Below, piece after piece: positions 1 through 10,221 of a DNA stretch of 64,000 nt. The DNA comes from an uncultured Thermodesulfobacteriota bacterium (GTDB lineage Bacteria; Desulfobacterota; WTBG01; CAIYCZ01; CAIRTM01), in assembly GCA_964518865.1 (NCBI GenBank), contig CAZFIB010000003.1, positions 10,520 to 74,519 on the forward strand. Reading direction: 5' to 3'. The position numbers and the translations under genes are program-made. A model generated the notes under the pieces. The model saw nothing but the letters and a program-made list of their open reading frames with translations. It ran no database searches and was not told where the DNA came from. Every line of letters starts with the position of its first letter. The first letter of the stretch is position 1.

Positions 1-2
1 AC

Positions 3-917
3 AGCTGCCAGAAGTGCCACACATCACAAGAACACCGCATTGAAGGGCGCATCTATTCACAGGCTGCGCGGATTTCGCACACCATTGCCCTCCCCGATGA
101 TGACGGCCGGCGAATCGGCTGTGAAAACTGTCACGGCGCACAGCCGCACACACGGAAAGCCAAGCTGAACGATCATACCGAGCGGGTCGCCTGCCAGACC
201 TGCCATATTCCCGCCTACGCGCGCGGAGGTATCCCGACCAAAACCCGGTGGGACTGGAGCACGGCGGGCAGGCTGAAGGACGACGGAACACCCGTTGTGG
301 AAAAAATGGACAGCGGTCTGATACGATATCACGGCAAAAAGGGAACCATGCGCTGGGGTGAAAACCTGACACCCGACTATGCCTGGTATAACGGCTCCAT
401 GTCCTATCTGTTACCAAAGGATACGATCAACCCGGACTCCGTTGTTTTTATCAACAAACCTGCAGGAGATGCCGACAGTGCGGACGCACGCATCTTCCCC
501 TTTAAAATTCACCGGGGCAGACAGCCCTATGACCCGGTAAACAAAAGGCTTGTTGTGCCCAAGCTGTTCGGCCCAAAAGGGAGCGGCGCGTTCTGGCAGG
601 AATACGACTGGGCCCTGGCTGCTGAGCACGGAATGCGTGCAGTCGGCCTGCCGTTCAGCGGGAAGATTGCCTTTACCGAAACCGCCATGTACTGGCCGAT
701 AACCCACATGGTCGCCCCCAAGGAAAAAGCCCTCGCATGCGGAGACTGCCACGACAGAAACGGCAGGCTTGCCGGTCTCGGGGGCTTTTACCTCACCGGC
801 CGTGACCGTTCGGGAGTCATTGACATGCCGGGCTGGGCTGCCGTCTGGATCTCGATCGCCGGCGTATCCGTGCACGGTTTTCTGCGGATCGCATCAAGAG
901 GAAGGAGAAAGCGATGA
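3..917 (+). CDS. multiheme cytochrome c (5' partial, HAO/OTR-like multiheme family)
   Basis: Frame 3 is open from the window edge. The translation has four CxxCH heme motifs (CQKCH, CENCH, CQTCH, CGDCH). The stop overlaps the start of the downstream cytochrome b gene. Confidence 0.75.
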   Translation, partial: SCQKCHTSQEHRIEGRIYSQAARISHTIALPDDDGRRIGCENCHGAQPHTRKAKLNDHTERVACQTCHIPAYARGGIPTKTRWDWSTAGRLKDDGTPVVEKMDSGLIRYHGKKGTMRWGENLTPDYAWYNGSMSYLLPKDTINPDSVVFINKPAGDADSADARIFPFKIHRGRQPYDPVNKRLVVPKLFGPKGSGAFWQEYDWALAAEHGMRAVGLPFSGKIAFTETAMYWPITHMVAPKEKALACGDCHDRNGRLAGLGGFYLTGRDRSGVIDMPGWAAVWISIAGVSVHGFLRIASRGRRKR

Positions 918-1513
918 AAACTAAAATCAGCATGTACACCCGTTTTGAGCGCCTCTGGCACTGGCTGCAGGCACTGCTCATCGCCGTTCTGATCGTGACC
1001 GGCTTTGAAATCCACGGCACCTGGCAGCTACTCGGCTTTGAGAACGCCTGTGAAGTGCACAACACGTCCGGCGGGACGCTCCTGATACTGTCCGTATTCG
1101 CTATTTTCTGGCATATCACAACAGGAGAGTGGAAGCAGTATCTGCCGACACTGTGCGACACCGGTGCCGTAACACGCTATTACCTCGTCGGCATGTTCCG
1201 GGGTGAATCACATCCGTTCCGCAAAACGCGCGAGCAAAAGCTCAACCCCCTGCAGCGCCTTGCATATCTGAGCCTCAAAATCATTTTGCTGCCCGCTGCC
1301 CTGCTGAGCGGGCTGGTGTATTATTATCCTGAATTTGTTGAAAAAGCAGCAGGCGGTCGTCTGGAACTCGTCGCCTACGTTCACACGGCCGCAGCCTTCG
1401 CCCTGATGGTTTTTTTCGTCATGCACACCTATCTGACCACAACAGGCGGAACACTGCTGCAGTATATCACTGCCATGATTACGGGGTGGGAAAAACAAAG
1501 CGATAGCGCCTGA
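914..1513 (+). CDS. membrane b-type cytochrome (Ni/Fe-hydrogenase CytB / cytochrome b561-like)
   Basis: ~200 aa with four predicted TM helices carrying conserved His. It is translationally coupled (ATGA) to the multiheme cytochrome c gene. Confidence 0.7.
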   Translation: MKTKISMYTRFERLWHWLQALLIAVLIVTGFEIHGTWQLLGFENACEVHNTSGGTLLILSVFAIFWHITTGEWKQYLPTLCDTGAVTRYYLVGMFRGESHPFRKTREQKLNPLQRLAYLSLKIILLPAALLSGLVYYYPEFVEKAAGGRLELVAYVHTAAAFALMVFFVMHTYLTTTGGTLLQYITAMITGWEKQSDSA

Positions 1514-2033
1514 AGCCGGAATCATCCCGCACTTTTTTACACCAGCTGCAAATCGGAAGAAGGCCCTGGAGCTGCTTTACCGCGGAAAAGGCCTCCGTCA
1601 GTCGTTTTTCGGCCTCCTTGCGCTCCGGTATGTCATGAAATATCGAACCGAAGTAAATAGTATCACCACGCTTCCATGCAAAGTTCGATGTCTCTATGGC
1701 CACCTGACCGCCTGTTTTCTTCAGGCATCTGGTCTCTATAATCGACCCGTTTGTATTCATGCTGTACGCTCTGTCGGGCCTGCTCAAAAAAGCCTGAAAG
1801 GCACCGCGTATGTCTTCCGGAACAAGCAGGGCACAGGACATCCCGATCAGCTCATCTCGCTCATACTCAAACAGCGAGCAGGCCGCGGCATTGCAATAGA
1901 CGATTTGCAAGGATTGATCGGCAAGGATAACGGCATCAGGCGAGGCCTCCGTCATAGCGCTTAGGAGTGAGTTCTGCTCGACGATAAAAACTTGATCCTG
2001 TTTGCCGGACTGTCCGTTTTCTATATCGCTCAT
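1479..2033 (-). CDS. PAS domain protein with C-terminal CxxCKKxRDD motif
   Basis: The PAS-like core is followed by a C-terminal 'PICSWCKKVRDDSG' motif, which is typical of a deltaproteobacterial PAS sensor family. Confidence 0.65.
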   Translation of the reverse strand: MSDIENGQSGKQDQVFIVEQNSLLSAMTEASPDAVILADQSLQIVYCNAAACSLFEYERDELIGMSCALLVPEDIRGAFQAFLSRPDRAYSMNTNGSIIETRCLKKTGGQVAIETSNFAWKRGDTIYFGSIFHDIPERKEAEKRLTEAFSAVKQLQGLLPICSWCKKVRDDSGFRRYRFVFPTP

Positions 2034-2056
2034 CTTTTTTTCGAGTGGTATAGCCC

Positions 2057-2557
2057 CTATTCTTCCTGCTGGTTCAGCTTCTTATACTGCTTGAGAGCCA
2101 GGTCCCGCTTGATCTTTGAGACACGGTCTATAATAAGCTTGCCGTCAAGATGATCGATTTCATGCTGAAAACAGCGTGCAAGCAGATCCTCGGCATCAAA
2201 TGAAAGCGGCCTGCCGTCAAGGTCGACGCCTTGTACCTGAGCGCAGGCTTTGCGCTCGACATCGACCGTAATCTGCGGCAGGCACAGGCAGCCCTCTTCC
2301 ATCCTGGCGGTGCCTTCAACAATAGTGATTTCGGGGTTGATAAGCGTTATGAGCCCCTCGCCGACATCCAGAACAATGAGCTGCTTGGATATGCCGACCT
2401 GGGGAGCTGCTAGGCCGATGCCCTGAAAGCGATACATAGCTTCCGCCATTTCCTGCGCAATCCGGATTATCTCGTCATCGATATTTTCGATTTTCTCACA
2501 TGTCTGCCGCAAAACGGAATGCGGGTATTTTATTACCTCGAATTCTGACATGCGCAC
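2057..2557 (-). CDS. def: peptide deformylase
   Basis: PDF motifs are present: GIGLAAPQ, EGCLxxP, QHEIDHLDG (HExxH). Confidence 0.9.
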   Translation of the reverse strand: MRMSEFEVIKYPHSVLRQTCEKIENIDDEIIRIAQEMAEAMYRFQGIGLAAPQVGISKQLIVLDVGEGLITLINPEITIVEGTARMEEGCLCLPQITVDVERKACAQVQGVDLDGRPLSFDAEDLLARCFQHEIDHLDGKLIIDRVSKIKRDLALKQYKKLNQQEE

Positions 2558-2580
2558 TCCTTATCTGCTCTTTGCGTGTT

Positions 2581-3333
2581 TCATTCCAGGGCACTCAAAA
2601 CCCACGGTCCGTTGTCGGTTACCGCTACGGTGTGCTCGTAATGAGCCGAGAGCATTCCGTCGCCGGTGACGGCCGTCCAGCCGTCCTGCAGCACGTTTAC
2701 CTTATAGGTACCCTGGTTGACCATGGGTTCGATGGCAAGCACCATACCCGGCTTGAGCCGTGGGTTCATGGCTGAGGGAGAGTAAAAATTCGGTATCTGC
2801 GGATCCTCATGCAGATTGCGGCCGATACCGTGCCCGACAAAATCACGCACCACGCTGAACCCGTTTTTTTCGACATGCGTCTGAACCGCGATCGAAACAT
2901 CCGACAGGCGACCGCCGGCTTTTACCTGATCGATGGCAAGATACAGCGACTCCTCGGTAACGGTCATCAGTTTGCGTGCCTGACGGTCGACATTCCCCAC
3001 GGCTGCGGTGATGGCGGCATCCCCGTAAAATCCTTTCTTAACAACGCCGATATCCATGCTGACGATATCACCCTCCTTCAGCTTCCGTTTGCCGGGGATA
3101 CCGTGCACGACTTCCTCATTGATGGAAATGCAGAGCGTGGCAGGATAGCCGCGATAACCCTTGAAAGCCGGAACAGCGTTGCGGCCGCAGATGAATCGCT
3201 CGGCAATCTGGTCAAGCTCTCTGGTGGTAATGCCGGGTTTGATGTTTCGTTTCAGCTCCTGGAGGGTTTCCGCTACAATCAGGTTGGCTGTCCGAATAGA
3301 CTGGAGTTCCTTATCGTTTTTGAGAACAATCAT
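2581..3333 (-). CDS. map: methionine aminopeptidase type I
   Basis: Full-length similarity to MetAP-I, including the conserved metal-ligand Asp/His/Glu pattern. It sits immediately upstream of def. Confidence 0.9.
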   Translation of the reverse strand: MIVLKNDKELQSIRTANLIVAETLQELKRNIKPGITTRELDQIAERFICGRNAVPAFKGYRGYPATLCISINEEVVHGIPGKRKLKEGDIVSMDIGVVKKGFYGDAAITAAVGNVDRQARKLMTVTEESLYLAIDQVKAGGRLSDVSIAVQTHVEKNGFSVVRDFVGHGIGRNLHEDPQIPNFYSPSAMNPRLKPGMVLAIEPMVNQGTYKVNVLQDGWTAVTGDGMLSAHYEHTVAVTDNGPWVLSALE

Positions 3334-3351
3334 GCAGACACAACATTCCTT

Positions 3352-3798
3352 TCAGCTTGTCGAGCTTCCGGACCCCCGTCTGAAAGGCAGTGAGCGCGTT
3401 TTGGGGGAAAAGGAATACAGGCCGGCAAAACCCTTGAAGCGCTCTGCTACCGCACGTCGTATAATGCCGATCATTTTGCCGTTCTTTTCCACGACAATCC
3501 TGGTGCGTCCCGTTTCCTCAAAACGTTTCAGCACCGTATCGAGGCTGTCGTCACATAAACAGGTCTCGAGCGGCTGCGACATGATCTCGCCTGCCCGCGA
3601 CGTTTCAAAATCAAGGCCGTTGAGAACAGCCCGAAGCAGGTCGTTCGTCGTAACGATACCGACCGTTGTTTCACCGCGGTTTACGAGTACCGAACCCAGA
3701 TGCTCATGTACCATTATTTCAGCCACTTTTTTCAAAAGCGTACTTTCTTCACAAAACGTAATGTTTGTGCGCATTATGTGGGATACCGGCAGGGACAT
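3352..3798 (-). CDS. CBS-pair domain protein
   Basis: Two tandem CBS motifs (GIVTTNDLL..., GIIRRAV...). Confidence 0.7.
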   Translation of the reverse strand: MSLPVSHIMRTNITFCEESTLLKKVAEIMVHEHLGSVLVNRGETTVGIVTTNDLLRAVLNGLDFETSRAGEIMSQPLETCLCDDSLDTVLKRFEETGRTRIVVEKNGKMIGIIRRAVAERFKGFAGLYSFSPKTRSLPFRRGSGSSTS

Positions 3799-3995
3799 GG
3801 GCCAATCCTCCTACTGTTACTATTTAAATATAGCATATAAGGCCAATACAGTAAAAAAAAGGCCCCCGAGCAGCATAAGGAAAAGAGCACCGAAATGAAT
3901 GACCTGCGCCAGCACATACAGCAGAAAGTTCCGCCGGTCGTCTCGCCTGAGTGAATCGCGCTGAAATTCCTGCAGCAACCGACTTCTACGCACTA

Positions 3996-4649
3996 TTATG
4001 CGCTTTCTTCTGCCCGCGCGTCAAGCACGGCTTTAATTTTTTTAAGGCGGGTAAAGCTTTCGCGTTCGATCTCATCGAGCCGCATTCTGATATATTTAAC
4101 CGTGGCCTTGAGGCGGGGGATGACGATATATTCCAGAGCATTGACGCGGCGCTTGGTCTTTTCAACTTCCAGTGCAAGCCGGCGGACGGTTTCTTCTACT
4201 TCGGCCAGCTTTACGATTGTTGCCAGAGCATGCTCCATTTTAAGGGCCGCCTCGTCAAGGCGTGCACTGGTATCGGCAAAACCGTAGCCGCGGTGAACCA
4301 TGGTACGCTCGGCCTTGTCGGCCTCGATGATAGGCACCCGAACACCCATTATATTGCGGGAGCGCATGTCGATCTGCAGATCCTGTTCGGCATTCAGCGC
4401 TATTTCACCCACGGAGCCCACGCCCATGATCGCCTGGGATGCAAGAAAGGCACGGTAGGCATCGGCGAGCTGCTGCTCGGCATCCTGACGGATGGAACGG
4501 ACATTGCCCGCAATGCTTAAAAATTCGGATATCAGCGCATCACGCTTCTCCTTGAGAAGACGGTGACCGCGCTCGGCCAGCACCGCACGCTTTCTGAGCT
4601 GCAGAAGCTCCATTCTGGTCGGTTTGATACCTTCGATTACATCGGCCAT
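3996..4649 (-). CDS. atpD: V/A-type ATP synthase subunit D
   Basis: Coiled-coil protein with a start typical of subunit D (MADVIEGIKPTRMELLQLRKR...). It is the last gene of the atp operon. Confidence 0.9.
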   Translation of the reverse strand: MADVIEGIKPTRMELLQLRKRAVLAERGHRLLKEKRDALISEFLSIAGNVRSIRQDAEQQLADAYRAFLASQAIMGVGSVGEIALNAEQDLQIDMRSRNIMGVRVPIIEADKAERTMVHRGYGFADTSARLDEAALKMEHALATIVKLAEVEETVRRLALEVEKTKRRVNALEYIVIPRLKATVKYIRMRLDEIERESFTRLKKIKAVLDARAEESA

Positions 4650-4668
4650 GAGTCACACTCTCCGAAAC

Positions 4669-6075
4669 TTAGTCGCTTTTCTGACTGTGGGCTGGATGAT
4701 ATTTCTTGATATGCTCCTCATCGATGCGCTTCAGATCGCTTTCATCGAGAATGTCGAGAAGCTTCCATCCCAGGTCGAGCGTCCCCTCGGTAATCGAGCG
4801 ATTCTCGTCCCTGCCCTGAATAACAAACTCTTTTTCAAACGCTTCGGCGAATTCCAGAAATTTTTTATCGCGCTCGGTCAGCGCCTCCTCACCGACGACC
4901 GCCACCAGGTTGCGCACATCCCGCCCCTCTGCATACGCGGCATAACACTGGTCCGAAACGCCCGAGTGATCTTCACGCGTGTTGCCCTCACCGATGCCCT
5001 GGTTCATGAGGCGCGACAGGCTCGGCAAAACATCAACCGGGGGATAAATGCCACGGCGGTGCAGGTCGCGGGACAGCACGAACTGACCCTCGGTAATGTA
5101 TCCGGTCAAATCGGGAATCGGATGGGTAATATCGTCATCGGGCATTGAAAGTATCGGCACCTGGGTTATGGATCCCTTCCTGCCCCTGATCCGTCCGGCC
5201 CGCTCGTAGCTCATGGCGAGGTCGGTATACATATAGCCGGGATAGCCGCGACGGCCCGGCACCTCTTCGCGGGCGGCGGCGATTTCCCGGAGCGCCTCAC
5301 AGTAGTTCGTCATGTCGGTCAGGATTACAAGCACGTGCATATCACACTCGAACGCCAGAAACTCCGCCGTTGTCAGCGCCATGCGCGGGGTGATTATGCG
5401 CTCGATTGCCGGGTCATCGGCGAGGTTGATGAAGGCCACGATCTGCTCCATGGCGCCGGTGCGCTCGAAATCGCGCATAAAGAAGTTGGCCTCCTCGCTG
5501 GTGATGCCCATCGCTGCAAAAACGACTGAAAACGGCTCGGTGGAGCTCAGCACCTTGGCCTGGCGGGCAATCTGAGCCGCAAGCTCATTGTGCGGCATGC
5601 CGGCGCCTGAGAAAATCGGCAGCTTCTGACCGCGGACGAGCGTGTTCATACCGTCGATCGTGGAAATGCCCGTCTGAATGAATTCGTTGGGAAACGCGCG
5701 CGCCGTCGGATTAATCGAAGCGCCGTTGATGTCGAGTCTCGTGTCGGATATGATTTCAGGGCCGTCGTCGATCGGCCGCCCCAGTCCGTCGAAAAACCTA
5801 CCGACCATGTCACGGGAAACGGCAAGCTTCATGGTATCGCCGATGAACCTGACGCTGGTGTCGCTGGTATCGATGCCCGCGGTTCCCTCGAAGACCTGAA
5901 CGACGGCAATACCTTCGCGGGATTCAAGCACCTGCCCGGTGCGGTCTTCTCCGGAACCGGTCCTGATTTTGACGACTTCCCCGAAGGCCACTCCCTCGAC
6001 TCCCTCGACAACCATCAGGGGTCCGGCAACTTCCTTGACGGTTTTGTATTCCCGGATTTTTATGTCGGAACTCAT
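4669..6075 (-). CDS. atpB: V/A-type ATP synthase subunit B
   Basis: 468 aa with full-length similarity to the regulatory B subunit. The 4-nt overlap with atpA shows coupling. Confidence 0.95.
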   Translation of the reverse strand: MSSDIKIREYKTVKEVAGPLMVVEGVEGVAFGEVVKIRTGSGEDRTGQVLESREGIAVVQVFEGTAGIDTSDTSVRFIGDTMKLAVSRDMVGRFFDGLGRPIDDGPEIISDTRLDINGASINPTARAFPNEFIQTGISTIDGMNTLVRGQKLPIFSGAGMPHNELAAQIARQAKVLSSTEPFSVVFAAMGITSEEANFFMRDFERTGAMEQIVAFINLADDPAIERIITPRMALTTAEFLAFECDMHVLVILTDMTNYCEALREIAAAREEVPGRRGYPGYMYTDLAMSYERAGRIRGRKGSITQVPILSMPDDDITHPIPDLTGYITEGQFVLSRDLHRRGIYPPVDVLPSLSRLMNQGIGEGNTREDHSGVSDQCYAAYAEGRDVRNLVAVVGEEALTERDKKFLEFAEAFEKEFVIQGRDENRSITEGTLDLGWKLLDILDESDLKRIDEEHIKKYHPAHSQKSD

Positions 6076-7841
6076 TCTGCCTCTCCTAATGAAGTAAATT
6101 GTTCTTCCATTCTGCTCATCAGCTGCGCGTGCTCATCGGCAAACGTCGTGTTGTCGATATATTTCATGCGGGAAATTTCATCCCTGATCGGAAGCTTGCC
6201 GATAGCGTCGATTCCCCTGCCCCGCTCGAGCGCCTGTTCGGCAAGGTCGCTGAACCTCATAATGGTCTGCATCATTTTGGACTGCTTTTCGAGCGGGCAG
6301 TAGGTATCCATCTTGTGAAATGCGTGCTGCTGCAAAAAGTCCTCTCTGACCATGCGCGCTACCTCGAGGGTAAGGCGCTCGCGCTCGGGCAGGGCGTCGG
6401 GTCCGATAAGCTGAACGACTTCGGCCAGCTCGGACTCCTCCTGCAGAATAACCATCGCCTTGGTGCGCAGCTGCCTGAATTCCGGTGACAGGTTTTCATC
6501 ATACCAGGCCTTGGTAAAATCAAGATACAGCGAGTAGCTTCGCAGCCAGTTGATGGCCGGAAAGTGGCGGCGGTCGGCAAGCGTGGAATCAAGCGCCCAG
6601 AACGAACTGACAACGCGCAGCGTGTTCTGTGACACCGGCTCGGACAGGTCGCCGCCCGGAGGGGAAACAGCACCGATAATTGAAACGGACCCGTAGCGCT
6701 CCTCGGAGGCCATAGTCTGCACACGGCCGGCGCGCTCGTAAAAGCTTGCAAGACGCGTTGCCAAATAGGCGGGGTAGCCCTCCTCGCCGGGCATCTCCTC
6801 GAGTCGCCCGGAAATCTCGCGCAGGGCCTCGGCCCAGCGCGAGGTGGAGTCCGCCATAATCGCCACATCATAACCCATGTCGCGGTAGTACTCGGCGATG
6901 GTCACACCGGTATAAATGGAGGCCTCACGGGCCGCAACCGGCATATTCGATGTGTTGGCGATCAGGGTCGAGCGCTCCATAAGCTTGAACCCTGTTTTGG
7001 GATCGTCGATTTCAGGAAACGTGTCAAGCACCTCGGTCATCTCATTGCCGCGCTCGCCGCAACCCACATAGACAACCAGCTGGGCATCGGCCCAGCGGGC
7101 TACCTGGTGCTGGCTGACGGTTTTGCCGGTGCCGAAACCGCCGGGGATGGCCGCCGTGCCGCCCTTGGCTATCGGGAAAAACGTGTCGTAAATCCGCTGC
7201 CCGGTCAGCAGCGGCACGCTCGGATCGACTTTCTTTTTATTCGGGCGGTTGTTGCGAACAGGCCACTTCTGCTTCATAACCACCGGAATCTCGCTACCGT
7301 CCTTATCAAGCACGGCTATGACGTCATTAACGGTAAACGAGCCCTGCTTGATCTCCTTGACCGTTCCGCTTACGCCGGGCGGGACCATAATCTTGTGCGT
7401 TATGACCTTCGATTCCGGGACCGTACCCAGCACATCGCCGGCGGTCACCTGCGCGCCCTTTTCAATCGTCGGTGTAAACTCCCATTTGGCATCCGGATCG
7501 AGACCGGGGACATTGATGCCGCGCGTGATAAAGTCGCCGGCTTTTTCCTGTATGCGCAGCAGCGGCCGCTGTATGCCGTCGTAAAAATTTTTAATAATGC
7601 CGGGTCCCAGTTCGACGGACAGCGGCTCGCCTGTTCGCATGACCTTTTCACCGGGCTTGAGACCCGAAGTATCCTCGTACACCTGGATGTAGGCTTCATC
7701 GCCGTCGAGCCTGATTGTTTCCCCCATCAGGCCTTCATCGCCGACCCGCACAACTTCGTACATTTCACAGCCCTGCAGCCCTTTTGCAATAACCAGAGGG
7801 CCCGCAATGCTTTTTATGCTTCCATCTTTATACTCGGGCAA
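6072..7841 (-). CDS. atpA: V/A-type ATP synthase catalytic subunit A
   Basis: 589 aa with Walker A 'GGFGTGKTV' and the non-homologous insert region typical of A subunits. Confidence 0.95.
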   Translation of the reverse strand: MPEYKDGSIKSIAGPLVIAKGLQGCEMYEVVRVGDEGLMGETIRLDGDEAYIQVYEDTSGLKPGEKVMRTGEPLSVELGPGIIKNFYDGIQRPLLRIQEKAGDFITRGINVPGLDPDAKWEFTPTIEKGAQVTAGDVLGTVPESKVITHKIMVPPGVSGTVKEIKQGSFTVNDVIAVLDKDGSEIPVVMKQKWPVRNNRPNKKKVDPSVPLLTGQRIYDTFFPIAKGGTAAIPGGFGTGKTVSQHQVARWADAQLVVYVGCGERGNEMTEVLDTFPEIDDPKTGFKLMERSTLIANTSNMPVAAREASIYTGVTIAEYYRDMGYDVAIMADSTSRWAEALREISGRLEEMPGEEGYPAYLATRLASFYERAGRVQTMASEERYGSVSIIGAVSPPGGDLSEPVSQNTLRVVSSFWALDSTLADRRHFPAINWLRSYSLYLDFTKAWYDENLSPEFRQLRTKAMVILQEESELAEVVQLIGPDALPERERLTLEVARMVREDFLQQHAFHKMDTYCPLEKQSKMMQTIMRFSDLAEQALERGRGIDAIGKLPIRDEISRMKYIDNTTFADEHAQLMSRMEEQFTSLGEAE

Positions 7842-7911
7842 CGTTCGTCCCTCCCTGTAAAAAGTAGTTTATCGTACAACACGACGCTTTATCATATCTC
7901 AAAGCTGTTTT

Positions 7912-8220
7912 CTATTGAATGTCGGCGCCGATTGCCCTGCGAATAAGCTCGCGTATCGGATCCTCTTTGCGCTCAATCGGTCCGGATGTATCCGGTACTT
8001 CCACGATGATCGGCAGCATGCGCTTTGACTCCTTATGGTCGTCGATAAGGCGGCGGTTGTCTTCGGCAAACCGCTCGGTAACGATAACGATGCCGTTCGC
8101 CTCATCGGAAAGAATCTGCTTGAGATCCTGCCGACCCTCATCGTCCCCGTATACTTTTTTGACTCCTGAAAGTCGAAATGACGTCGCAGTGTTCCGGTCG
8201 CCGATAACTACAATATCCAT
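7912..8220 (-). CDS. atpF: V/A-type ATP synthase subunit F
   Basis: 102 aa starting 'MDIVVIGDRNTATSFRLSG', the subunit F signature. Confidence 0.85.
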   Translation of the reverse strand: MDIVVIGDRNTATSFRLSGVKKVYGDDEGRQDLKQILSDEANGIVIVTERFAEDNRRLIDDHKESKRMLPIIVEVPDTSGPIERKEDPIRELIRRAIGADIQ

Positions 8221-8223
8221 GTT

Positions 8224-9345
8224 TTACACCCTCAATACGAATTCCCGTATGCTGTCGGCAGCCAGGCCGGCCTCTTTCGCGCGGGAGATAGCCCGAATGT
8301 TTCTTATTTCCGTCTCTTTAAGCGCCAGGTACCCCAGTATCGGGGCGATGCCGTACGGCTGCTTGACGGCGGTCTGCCGGCCGATCGAAAGCACGGTCTC
8401 GTCGATCGCTTTTTCAAGCGCATACATGGTTTTGTCGCGCTCATACTCGGGAAGCGCATCCATCAGCGGCTTGAAAAAAACCGTGCCGTCGACCTCGGCC
8501 ACAAGCGCCGGGACCTCGTCTACCTCATCAAGAACGTTGAACAGCGAGGCCGGCAAATCCCCGCCGTCGATAAGATAGCGCTCGACATCGCTCAGCACGA
8601 GATGGTCGGACTTGGCACGCAGAAGAATTTTCAGATTGAGGCCGTCGATACGGGCGGCAAAGCTCGGCCGCAGATCGGACAGTTCCCGGTCGGCGGTAAC
8701 GTTTTTCCACATGGATTCAAGCAGGGTCTTGTCAAGCAGCGCCTCCAGCGGCAGCAGGCTGTTCTCCTGCTCATAGACCGAAAGCCTGCCTGCAAGAGGC
8801 TCGTAGCGGGTTCCCTCGAAAACGGGCAGCAGGTCTTCTATGCTGACGGCTTCACACATTTTCTTTAAAACCTCGGCATCGATCTCGCCGAACGGTATGG
8901 CAGCCGCAATGATTTCTTCCGACGGCAGCCCTGCCCGCACGCCGCGCATCACCGTTTTCAGATTGCGAACATCCCACTGCTGCTGCAGATAGCTGAACGC
9001 GCTTGAGACTTTTGCAGGCAGCATCCCGGCTATTTCGCTGTACACGTCGGCGCTTTGCCGCGTCAAAAGTGATTCGATCGACTCGGCGCTTTCGAGCACA
9101 AGCCCCTGCATTGCAGATGCATATTCTGAGTTTTCAAGAATTGATGCGATCTCGGCGACCGACCCCGCATTGATCATATCGTCAACCGTTTCGGGTTTGA
9201 GCAGCCGGGCTTCCTTGGCCCTGACCCTGGCCGTCACATACAGGTACGGCAGGATTGATCGCAGGTTGCGGATCAGAAAAACAAGAAACGGCAGCAGAAA
9301 GCCGAGCAGCAGCAGTAGTATCACAAGAAAAAAGTTTGCATCCAT
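8224..9345 (-). CDS. atpC: V/A-type ATP synthase subunit C (V0 d-like) with N-terminal hydrophobic extension
   Basis: The 'YLYVTARVRAKEARLL' motif matches the subunit C N-terminus. The ATG at 9345 with a GGGAG RBS is the only in-frame start. It adds a ~28-aa hydrophobic segment (FFLVILLLLLGFLLPFLVFLI). Confidence 0.8.
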   Translation of the reverse strand: MDANFFLVILLLLLGFLLPFLVFLIRNLRSILPYLYVTARVRAKEARLLKPETVDDMINAGSVAEIASILENSEYASAMQGLVLESAESIESLLTRQSADVYSEIAGMLPAKVSSAFSYLQQQWDVRNLKTVMRGVRAGLPSEEIIAAAIPFGEIDAEVLKKMCEAVSIEDLLPVFEGTRYEPLAGRLSVYEQENSLLPLEALLDKTLLESMWKNVTADRELSDLRPSFAARIDGLNLKILLRAKSDHLVLSDVERYLIDGGDLPASLFNVLDEVDEVPALVAEVDGTVFFKPLMDALPEYERDKTMYALEKAIDETVLSIGRQTAVKQPYGIAPILGYLALKETEIRNIRAISRAKEAGLAADSIREFVLRV

Positions 9346-9348
9346 CTG

Positions 9349-9999
9349 CTATGACTCCCGGCTGAAGAGCTCTTTGGCGACATGGGTACGTATTTCGTCC
9401 CGAAAACGATCGATACGCGATTCAAACGTATTATCAACCCGCACCGTACCGCTGCTGCTGCGAACGGCGACACCGCCCATGCTGCTCAGCGATTCTTCGG
9501 ATATGCGCAGTCTGATCTGCGTTCCGGTCCGGCCGCCTGCCTGACCGGCAATTCTGTCGAGCAGGTCCTGACCCACAAGCTGCCTGTCGCGCCGGGGTAC
9601 CATCACTTCGAGATCGGTTTCGCCGGAAGAGACAACGGATTCGGAAATAAGCCGCTCCAGCACACCGGCGTAAGAAATACCGTCGGCGCTGCCCTGCTCG
9701 GCCAGGCTGCGGAGCGTATCCATGGCGGTATCAAAGGATTTCTGCACGACAGATTCCTGAGCTCTGACCTTCTCGCGGCGGGCTTTTATGCGGGCTTCCG
9801 CGAGAATGCGCTGTGATTCGCGGCGGGCCTCCTGCCCGGCGCGGGCAAGAATAGCCTGTTTCTTCTGCTCGGCCTGCCTGCGCGCCTCACCAAGACGCGC
9901 ATCGACCTTTTCCTGTGCTTCCGCCATGCCGGCCGATTCAGCTTCCGCGGCGCTTTTTTCAATCTGTTCGATAATCTTCCGGACTCCATCGGTTGCCAT
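9349..9999 (-). CDS. atpE: V/A-type ATP synthase subunit E
   Basis: Start chosen at internal Met55 (MATDGVRKIIEQIEK...), which is preceded by a GAGAGG RBS. The coiled-coil, charged sequence is typical of subunit E. The upstream extension of the ORF has no homology. Confidence 0.8.
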   Translation of the reverse strand: MATDGVRKIIEQIEKSAAEAESAGMAEAQEKVDARLGEARRQAEQKKQAILARAGQEARRESQRILAEARIKARREKVRAQESVVQKSFDTAMDTLRSLAEQGSADGISYAGVLERLISESVVSSGETDLEVMVPRRDRQLVGQDLLDRIAGQAGGRTGTQIRLRISEESLSSMGGVAVRSSSGTVRVDNTFESRIDRFRDEIRTHVAKELFSRES

Positions 10000-10221
10000 A
10001 TGGAACCTCTCAAAAAAAATGAGTTGATAAATATCGTGATCAATACATGCCCAAAAAATACGACTTGACAGCAAAACAGCATGCGGAAACATCTGCTGTC
10101 TGTGAACACACTGCCCGGCCCCCCGTATGCAGGAGGGAGATCCGGCGATCATACCGCACACCCGCTTTTTAAAAGCGGTGCGTTCGCACAGGGCCCGTTC
10201 AGTCGTTCTATTAGTGCGGCA

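Noticed and set aside
3846-3860. T8 run after atpD as terminator
   Set aside because: No convincing GC hairpin precedes it on the minus strand.
3951-4520. 189-aa plus-strand ORF
   Set aside because: It is entirely antisense to atpD, has no motifs, and is a typical high-GC antisense artefact.
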